NCBI GenBank assembly: GCA_021432655.1
Contig: MU271302.1
Coordinates: forward strand, 67,250-87,249
Source of the DNA: Atractiella rhizophila
Taxonomy: Eukaryota
Length of the DNA stretch: 20,000 bases
Direction: 5' to 3'
Shown here: positions 10,684-19,183 of the stretch, one piece after another
Position numbering within the stretch: position 1 is the stretch's first letter
Layout of the letters: every line of letters begins with the position of its first letter
Notes under the pieces: generated by a model
The model's database searches: none
Told to the model about the DNA's origin: nothing
Seen by the model: the letters and a program-made list of their open reading frames with translations, nothing else
Made by a program: the position numbers and the translations under genes

Positions 10684-11249
10684 TGAATGACGTAGTTGAT
10701 GCTCTGCGCCGCGGCGCATTCAAGTTAGCCGCTCCATTCATCTCCCCATTCACCCCCTCCTCCTCGATCGTCCTCCGGCTTCTCATCCCGACTTCTCCTT
10801 CTCCTTCGAGCTCCTTCCCCGCATTGCACGCCTAACTCCAACGCCGCACCGACTCTTAAGGGCGTCTTCTATCGCCATACTCCTCCATACGCTTTACCAT
10901 TCTCTCTCTAGTGAGTCAGCTAGAACATTGGTCAGTGGACGATGCTCAAGTGTGGCTAGAGGCCAGACAGGGTAATGAGGCGGCGGAGAAAGTGTCGAGA
11001 GCTGGAAGAAGACGGCGGAGGCTGGGTTTGATGCTGTCAATAAGAATACGGTCGAACTGCTTCGCTTGCGGCAAATGGAAAGCTGGATGTGGCCCTTAGG
11101 AGGTGGTTAGGATTTTGTGTAGGAGTGCAATGAATAATCTGCTGTCATGGGAACCTGGAACTGGAAAGACTACTTTGGTGGAGTGTCTGGCACAGAGACA
11201 CCAATCAAGGTAAGCCTGCCTCCTTTCTTCTCTACGATGGTATTTTATG
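10684..11249 (+). pseudogene. HSP104: Degenerate 5' fragment of an Hsp104/ClpB AAA+ disaggregase gene (N-domain remnant plus start of NBD1 with Walker A)
   Basis: Across frameshifts it reads KTAEAGFDAVNKNTVEL / ASLAANGKLD / VVRILCRSAMNNLLSWEPGTGKTTLVECLAQR (11103-11198; Walker A at 11151-11171). This matches the Hsp104/ClpB consensus [72 protein letters not shown]. The VIGRDxE segment is deleted; the 10684-10910 assignment is weaker. Confidence 0.8.
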
Positions 11250-11934
11250 TTCTACCATTCAGAAGATTAGATTGACAATTGCCTACAGATGAAGTAGAGT
11301 AGCGACCGAAGTGCACACTCGACCTACGCCACCACTTGCGGACCATCCGTTCTCTCTGATTCTCCCCTTCATCCTCTCCAAATGGCATGCAGCATCCACC
11401 CTCTTTCCAGTTCAGCCACCGAGAATGATCACCTTTTAGAAGGAGATCTAGAACATTCCCAAAGCACCTCTTCCATCTGAGACAACAGAGGCACAAAGGC
11501 GCAGCAGATCAGTGTATCGCGTTACGTGTGCCTCGATCATTCAGCCGTAGCAGCGTGACAGGAGGAGGGAGGAATGGGCGGAGGAGGTGATGAATGTGAT
11601 GAAAGTGTTTGGGGTGGGAGGGACATGTTGAGGAAGTCGCCAGAGAAGTTTGAAATCGAATCCTGACTAGAATGCAGATTGAATAAGTTCACCTCTAACG
11701 CGCCGAGGGGTAGGTTTTTTCCTTGTCGCCGGAAAAGATGACGAGACTAGGACGCTCATTCTATGTTGAGCCGAAGCACGCAGAAAAGCTGGTCCACATT
11801 GGTAAAACATCAGTAGGCTGGAGCCAGAGTGGAGAGTTACTGATCCATGTTCGTCCTCCCTCTCCCGCTCCTTGTCGCACTTCTGTCCCTCCATCTTTCC
11901 ATTGCTTTTCCACGGTGCGGCTTTGTACCATTCA

Positions 11935-12300
11935 AGGTCACCTTGTCACCTTCCTTTCCTCCCCCACATACTCATACAAAGGCTGACTCCACAACGCAGC
12001 TCGCATAAAGCGCATATCTCCGTGTAAACGCCAAGTACTCCTCCACCACCACGAAATCCAAAGCCCTCGATTCCACAACAAGCTGTCACCAAATCCAAGA
12101 TCCGATGCTCGAAATATCCTTACACACTAGTGCTTGCTGATATGAGAAGGCAGAGAAGCTCAAGGAGAGTCTCCATTGGTCGGGATTATGTATGTATGCA
12201 ACAATGCACATCGATTCATCATATGTGTCACGCCAAAGTGTTGTTACCGAAGAAGCTGTGGTCGTTTTATCAAGCACATCAGGCGCAAGTCTGGAAGCTC
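11935..12300. repeat. Orphan block C, copy 2
   Basis: Homologous to 3460-3950 but lacks the ~3710-3815 segment. The + frame RDYVCMQQCTSI..HQAQVWKL matches RDFVCMQLCASI..IQAEVMKL. Confidence 0.7.
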
Positions 12301-12931
12301 TCCTTAGGTGATCTCACATGAAACAATGACTCAATCCGGGAAGAGTTGTGCTGGCTTTCCCACTTAGCGGCAGAGCACATTTGATGAAGCTTAGATTGGA
12401 TAGGCAAAGAGCCCGCCTGCAAGTGAGGGGTGCCGCATCGGTTTAGTCCAAAGGTCAATGCACCATTCTTCATTCTTCAACTCAGATGTAAGACTTAGTA
12501 AGGAATTTCAGGCATCCCAAGCATCAATATTGCATCGATAGGCGAGCAGTGTCCATCCCTCCGATCACGGTTGTTCTTTGAATGACATGCGTTTAAAATC
12601 TCTTACATGCGTGCTACCTTTAATCCTTTCGACTCGATCCTAAGAAGAACAAGGGTCCTCATCCTTTCACCCTCGATGTCAGTGGTGAATGATGCCTCAT
12701 TTCGAATTCGCGGTAAGGTGCCACTCTCTGTTGCCCTATGTAGCAGTTGATGGCCGTTATCTGCTACAATCCCAAATCGTCGCAATCTAAATGGTAGTGT
12801 GGAGGGAGAAGGGCCACTGTCGTGTCCAAGACGGGTGTCAGGTACTGCGAGTGAGAGTGATATGACAGTCCAGAGTCCGACCTCAAGCGCCATTGTGCTT
12901 TCACCAGTACTCATCCTCATTCCCCCGCCTC

Positions 12932-14575
12932 CTAAACACCTGACCACCTGTTCGTTTCCCTTGTCGCGTACTCTCCCATCGTCCTCCGCGCAATCACGAT
13001 CTCCTCCTCACTCCACTCTCCAAAAAATAAACGAACTTCAAGATGTTGCCCTATCCCATTTCCATCAACCCGATTCCTCTCCTCAGATCCCCTCACCCGC
13101 CAATCTCCATAGAACCAGCGGACGAAGTCCGGGAAATCAAGCGAGTACACCACACAGTACAGGAGTGCTATCCAGTGTATCCTCGTTGCATTTTTGAGGG
13201 TGCTGAAGAACTGGCGAGAAACGAGGTTTGACGTTTCTTCACCCCCGTTGAGGAACAGGGTGGTGAGGTGTGTGAGGTGTGACAAGTCCAGCGGAGTGGG
13301 CAGGATGGAGGTCTTTCCATCGGCGGAGAAGGGGGCAAGCCTGAGGGTGAGATGTGTCAGAAGAGGCGGCAGAGGGTAGGCTGAGATGGAGGAAGGGAGG
13401 GGACACATATTGGAGAGATCCAGGTGGCGGAGGGTACGTGGGATGGAGATCGATGGGAGAGGTGGGTACTTTCCAAGTGCTAGGTATTCGAGGTGAGAGG
13501 ATAAGTGAAGGCCTGCTGAGTCTGAAGCGGGAGAGTCCTCCACGTCGTAAGCAATAAACGTTCTGATCCTGTCACCCATCCTCCGCATCAAAATCTCGAT
13601 CTCCTTCTTCCTCCACTTTCTCCTAACCCATCCTTTCCGTACAACAAACCTGACCTCATTCACGCGTTTCAAGCCTTCAATTGTATTCAACACAATCTTC
13701 GCCTCCAGTTCATCCCAAAATGCATCCATCACCACTTTCGTAACATTTGGCATGCACGCGATGAGCTCCCTCGCCATCCCAACATTCATAGTTTCGTCAA
13801 ACCTCAGTTCATCCCACAGCCGTCCGGCGCCAGGATACTGTTCCAACCGCTCATACTTTTCTTCCACAGAACGGGGTTCACGCCAATAAGGCGCTGAAAC
13901 TTCCCTCCAGAGCTTGCACGCACTAGAAACGGGGGAATGGTTGTCAAGGAAACTAAATATCAGAGAGAGGAGCTCCACAGGCAAACGTGAGATTGAGCAT
14001 GCCATAACATCTGGGGGTGGGAAAGAGAGTTGGATGATGCTAGCTCTGTGGAGGGATGGGACGGATGATAATTCATCGTCACTGATGGGGATAAAGCCTT
14101 GTTTATGACCTGAGTATAAGGCAAAGGGGCTGAATATGGCAATCTCTCGAAGGAGAGGAAACGTGTGAGGATAACAATATTGGTTGCCAGGTGAATCAGG
14201 CAGAGCACTTTTGACAGCTCTTTTAAAAGCCGATGGATGCCCTTCAGCCTCGAAAAAGGTTACTGTGACATTTTCACGGTTGATGGTAATGCAAATGTCG
14301 ATCACACCATCCTTGCCGACCACATTTTTGACCCGTTCAAGTGATAAATTAGACAATTTTGAGCCCGGTTCCCAATCCTGGCCCAATGAACGAGAAAAGA
14401 CAAACGAAATCCGGAGCGTGTGAATTGACGGAGGTAGGCGAGCTAAGAAAGAGGGAAGAATGGAGAGGTGAATCGAATTGACATAGTGCCCTGATGGGGT
14501 CATGAGATGGAAAAGTGCCCTCGAGTCTGGTTCTTGAGAGTCCTCATGTGAGCTAGATGTTTGCTGGTCCATCAT
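12932..14575 (-). CDS. F-box protein with ~190-aa unknown N-terminal domain and C-terminal LRR/RNI-like repeats (paralogue 3, 547 aa)
   Basis: Uninterrupted 547-aa ORF. F-box ISRLPVELLSLIFSFLDNHSPVSSACKLWREVSAPYW at ~13883-13993. LRR-like units LEYLALGKY, LRHLDLSNM, LTHLTLRL, LSHLTHLTTLFLNG. Collinear with paralogue 2. Confidence 0.9.
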   Translation of the reverse strand: MMDQQTSSSHEDSQEPDSRALFHLMTPSGHYVNSIHLSILPSFLARLPPSIHTLRISFVFSRSLGQDWEPGSKLSNLSLERVKNVVGKDGVIDICITINRENVTVTFFEAEGHPSAFKRAVKSALPDSPGNQYCYPHTFPLLREIAIFSPFALYSGHKQGFIPISDDELSSVPSLHRASIIQLSFPPPDVMACSISRLPVELLSLIFSFLDNHSPVSSACKLWREVSAPYWREPRSVEEKYERLEQYPGAGRLWDELRFDETMNVGMARELIACMPNVTKVVMDAFWDELEAKIVLNTIEGLKRVNEVRFVVRKGWVRRKWRKKEIEILMRRMGDRIRTFIAYDVEDSPASDSAGLHLSSHLEYLALGKYPPLPSISIPRTLRHLDLSNMCPLPSSISAYPLPPLLTHLTLRLAPFSADGKTSILPTPLDLSHLTHLTTLFLNGGEETSNLVSRQFFSTLKNATRIHWIALLYCVVYSLDFPDFVRWFYGDWRVRGSEERNRVDGNGIGQHLEVRLFFGEWSEEEIVIARRTMGEYATRETNRWSGV

Positions 14576-14596
14576 CTTTTGAGGAACGATAGCAGA

Positions 14597-14660
14597 CTAG
14601 TTTCCATCCATGACGAACGTCAGATGAGAAAGAACGCCAAAGGTGAAGATGAAATCATAC
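14597..14660 (-). other. Putative 64-nt GT-AG intron upstream of F-box paralogue 3
   Basis: CAG|gtatga...catctgac...aactag|TCT. Phase 0, joining RRRMTPANEAAQ (ORF 14655-14870) in frame to SAIVPQKMMDQQ. Confidence 0.55.
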
Positions 14661-17450
14661 CTGAGCTGCTTCATTAGCCGGCGTCATCCTCCTCCGTGCC
14701 ATTCTCAGCATCCTTCTCATCAGCTGTGTCATCTTCCTTCCCATCTTGACAGGACCGGAAAAGTGAGGGCCATTTGCAAGGAATGGTGACGACATGACCC
14801 GAGATCCAAAACTGTGAGCTGTGAGACTACCTAGGTGAACAGTTTGTGGGAAGATCAAGGAGAATGGCACGATCCACTGATCCTCTCGTTGTTGGGGTAC
14901 GAACGCAGCCTAGTAGTGTGCCTTGATATGATTCGGAAAACTCGGACGTCAAAGAAGGCAACAAGCTGGTACGTATTAGCCGTACGGAATTAGGCCTCTG
15001 TGAATGAAGGAAGCCATTCAAGTGAAGGAAGTGGGGAACAGAAGTTGCACCTTGACAAGTTGAAATCAAAACAATGCCTGTCCTGATTGAAGGGAATGCA
15101 GTTGCAGTCGTGGATATCATGGTTTGATACTCCTCCCTTCCCTTCCCCACGCGGCAGAGACAAGGTGAGATATAGTTCGAGGGGCAAGGAACATGATATG
15201 AACGTTCCCTCGTGGATAGATGGGCTGTTTGTGGAAGACAGAAGCAGAGGTGTTTGAACTCACAGTCGTTCGGCGGTAGGAGTAAGCCTTGAATGGAGGA
15301 GACAAGTCAGTTCGGGTTTCGGTTTGAGAGAAATGTGCATGCAAGATATTAGGGAGTGAATAACTCACGAATGTCATGTAGCGAATTCCTCTCCTTCACA
15401 GTCCGCTTTCTCCCCTTATGCCATCCGCCAGTTACAGATCCCTAACCGCTCTGCAAGCTTCCGTGCTCATCCTCCCCATCCCTCATCTTCTTTCTTTCAA
15501 CTGCTAACTCGAGTGCCGTACATGCCCAGACTGGGGTTCTCATTCCTTCCCCTTTCCTTTTCCCTTCCTTAACTGAGAGAGCAAAAAGACTGCAAAGGAT
15601 TCTGACGCATTTTGTTGCTTCTGGCTTGAGGACGATTGCTCGTCGAAGGAGATAAGGAAGGATGTCGCTCGATCGAGGCTCCAAAGTCAGCTTTATCAAT
15701 GAAGTCCGGAAACAGTGTAGTCGTTTGAAGCGGAATGTGCATATTATTACCGTCTCGACGACTGGGAGTAAGGAACGATCAGTAACTGCCCCAGATTCTT
15801 GGGGAGGGCGAAGGAGAACGAACTGTTTCGGCCAGTTCCTGGTGTGAGGCTATCGACAATGTCTCCTTCGTCGAAGATAAACAGTCTGATCGGGAAGAAG
15901 AAGATGATAGCGATGATCCATTCTGACATATGCAAACCTTCAGGATCGGTTCGTAGGACGTGGGGATAGGGGCAAGGGATGAGGTTGACACACTAAGGTA
16001 CTTCCAAGTGTAAGCCATTTTCGAGCGTCATTCCAAAGGCATTCCACGGAATCCTTCTCCATCCGCCTCTCCAAAAAAGTCTCCAAAGAGGGTACACTCA
16101 CTCTTCGGTCTCCCCTCCATACGGATACCCTACGCATTACAGACCTCGCGCTGCTTCTTCGTTAGGTTACTCGACTAAATCTTGGTCATCATTGTGTCAC
16201 TTCGGGATGCCGAGTACGTGGAGGGATGAAGCCAGCAGATTCGAAGGTAGCTGCGCCTCCAACTAACCGATCGAATCCTCCTGCAAGTTGTGAATCATGA
16301 TAACCTGTTCCTTCCCTCCGGAATGACAGATTCCGCCTCATTATTCGTCTCCCCATTCGAGCTATGGGTTACGACTCCTTCTCATGGATCCTCGGTCCGC
16401 TCCTACTCTGATCCGGCACTCCCCCTCCAGACGGTTCGTAAGGAGGAACCGGTGCAAGAAGGTTGGCAGTGCTGAGTGGCGCGGCGCTAACCAAACCCCA
16501 TCTACTCCCAAGCCGAAAGGATTTAGTTTGCGGCACAAAGTGCTTGTCAGATCTGGGAGAATCGGATTGGTTTGGAAAGGCAAGTCTAGTGTTGGTGTAC
16601 CTGGCTGCTGAATTAACTGCGTGTCGGCTTGGGACCTGTTGCGTATGTCGGAGAGGTCGTAGGTTGAACGGAGCCGTTGACAAAGGCGTGAGTGACATGT
16701 CATTTTGTTTTGTGGCCAATAAGGGGATTAGTGGCGGTGGACGGAGAGGTAGTAGGAGAGGAGGGTAGGGGCGGTACGGTTGTTAAAACCTGTTCCTAAT
16801 ACAGGCAACATCAGTCTCCGAACTTATCTATTAGCAGAGCAACAGCAATGCAGACCGGACAAGAAGACGGCAACCCCGCGACAGATAACACTTTGACAAA
16901 AGGGGTTGAAAATGACGGACAAAAGCGAGTTTGGAGAAAAGGGAGTGTTCTATAACCTCGCGGTATTAGTGACAATGATAGCGAGAGGCCATTGCCAGGC
17001 ACTATACTCAGTGTGGCAAACAAGTCCTCTGTTCTGGTGAGGTTGGCATATGGTAGCGTATTGTGCGTTAACATGTGATGGTATTCTCTCGAAGCTTGAT
17101 GGGAGCACAAAGCGTACATCTCTCGAATTGCCTTTGAGTGGTCAATTTGGCCAGCGCTTAAATTCAATCACCATCATCAATATCCCCTGCTTAGGAAAGG
17201 AAGGCGTACACACTGTGGTTTCCGTTCGATACACCACCTTTCAACAGATTGAATATTCTGTGGGCAGCCACCACTGCTGAGCTGACAAGAAGGTGGCGAT
17301 CGTCCCGCTTTGGATGGGGCACCAGAGCTTTGACAATGTCGACATCCTTCGTCTTGCTCCACCGCATCGCATGGGATCCGCAGGGAAGACGCACGACAAA
17401 GTCGATTCGCGAAACTCTACCGGTTCCATACCCCCATCCCTGATTAGGGA
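14661..17450 (-). pseudogene. Block U, copy 3 (longest copy)
   Basis: Collinear with 164-2000, plus an extra ~0.78 kb (~15842-16620). MGKGREEYQTMISTTA matches MGKGTEDYQTLIFTTA. Frames are fragmented. Confidence 0.5.
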
Positions 17451-17499
17451 ACCAGTGATCCACTCAGTACTTGTTTCGCCTCCCTAGGAGCCCTGAGCA

Positions 17500-18560
17500 G
17501 CACCGGCTCTCTCCCATGCCACCCCCATCCCGACTCCTTTCCTGCGTGAGATCCTCTTCCTCCCATCTCCAAGACATCCGTTCTCCATCTCCATCTCTAC
17601 TCCACCATTCTCCTCCTCCGCCGTTCCCGAATCTTGCCCTTCATCACCCGTAACAAAGATATTAGAAAATGAGGAAGCGTGCCCTTTCCGGACATCCCGA
17701 GTGGTGCCGTGAGCCAGTGAGGGAAATTAGGAGGTGAATGGCGCAGGCGTAGCGGAACGAGCGGGGAAGGAGAGGGGAGATTTGCGATGTAAAGGACAGT
17801 TGAGAGCATGGATGTCGCCCGATGCCACGCCAAATTCCTACCAGAGCACCTGTTGCATGGTTGCGTGATGCCCTGCAGGAGGAAGAGCAGACATAGTGGG
17901 TGTGTTTTCGAGGCCTCTCCAGTGCTCCCTACCACCGCTATTGTGCTCTCCCTTCTCCTCCTCAGAAAAGGCATACACCATAAAACAAATCATCATATCC
18001 TACCACCTCCCGTCCCCTAAGCTACGAAACCTTTGACCAACCCATCTTCCTCTCTGTCCTCCTTCTGACTCGTCCTCCGAATCGACCTGTCAGGAGGACT
18101 GCTCCAGCGGCTCAATCGGGAGAAAGCGAAAGGATGAAGGAGAGGGAAGTGGGTGGAAAGTTGATGCGGTCTTCGCTCTTGTGCAGCCTAATGGGTTCAT
18201 TTCGAACGCGGGTTCGGAGCCTACGTGGCGCGTTAGGTGGTGCTACATGCAGGCGAGAGCAGAGGTGGAGAAGGCGGAGGTGGAGATGTAAGTGTTGTGA
18301 GGGTGGTGGTTGAGGAGGAGGCGAAGAGTGGTCGTACTTGTGCGGCAAGAGTGATTGCAAGGATCGGGATGTGAGTGGATGAAGGGGTTTGGCTGTGGAA
18401 GGAGAGGAGGGGAATGGCTCCATTCGCGCTGCACGGGTTGTGGTTCGAGTGATGCTTTGCCGTGTGAGGAGCGGATGTTGATAGCCGGGCAAAGCGACAT
18501 GTAAGATGAGAAGGTGCCGTTGAAAAGAACAGACCAAACCCCAAAACCATCGTTGAGCAC
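17500..18560 (-). pseudogene. Block B, copy 3
   Basis: 17668 aatgaggaagcgtgccctttccggacatcccgagtggt matches 2162 aatgaagaaatgtgccctttcctgaatattccaagtggt. Several in-frame stops. Confidence 0.5.
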
Positions 18561-18603
18561 GCCCACGTTCCCGACCTTATGACCTTGTCTTCCCCGGGTC
18601 CCG

Positions 18604-19170
18604 TTGAGTGACGTAATCGATTCTCTTTGCCGCTTTCAAGTTAGTCGCTCCATTCACCCCCTCCTCCTTGATCTTCCCCCGGCTTCCATCCCTATTTCGC
18701 TCCTTCGAGCTCCTTCCCCGCATTGTACGCCTGATTCCAGCGCCGCACCGACTATTAACGGCGTCTTCTGTCGCCATTCTCCTCCACACGCCTCACCTTT
18801 CTCTCAAGCGCCTCGCAACAACACAGAGCACTGCATGACATCCACGTATGGCTAGAGGCCAGGGGGGGTAAGGAGGCGGCGGAGAAGGTGTCGAAAACTG
18901 GAAGAAGATGGCGGAGGATGGGTTTGTTGCTGTCAATAAGAATGCGGTCGAACTGCCTCGCTTGTGGCGGAGGGAAAGCTGGATGTGGCCCTTAGAAGGG
19001 TGGTTAGTATTTTGTGTAGGAGTGCAATGAATAATCTGCTGTCATGGGAATCCGAAAGACTGCTGTGGTGGTGTGTGGCTGGCTCAGAGTCATCAATCGA
19101 AGTAAGCCTGCCTCCTTTCTTTCTTTACGATGGTATTTTATGGGGGGGTTAAGAGTGAATTTGCAGGAAT
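18604..19170 (+). pseudogene. HSP104: Second degenerate Hsp104/ClpB 5' fragment (Walker A partly deleted)
   Basis: Reads KMAEDGFVAVNKNAVEL / SLVAEGKLDVALRRVVSILCRSAMNNLLSWE / KTAVV..LAQ / INRSKPASF / GVKSEF (cf. GAKYRGEFEER). About 85-90% nt identity by eye to 10952-11249 over the core. Confidence 0.8.
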
Positions 19171-19183
19171 GACTACGGATGAG

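Noticed and set aside
10911..11249. Functional Hsp104 or P-loop ATPase
   Set aside because: Multiple frameshifts and deletions; the fragment ends soon after Walker A.
3200..12300. Defined Helitron or TIR termini at unit junctions (~3215-3460, ~11250-11935)
   Set aside because: No terminal motif, hairpin or target-site duplication shared between junctions could be identified by eye.
1..19170. RIP-type hypermutation of the duplicated units
   Set aside because: The copies remain GC-balanced with abundant CpA and CpG, and differences include many transversions and indels. Not formally computed.
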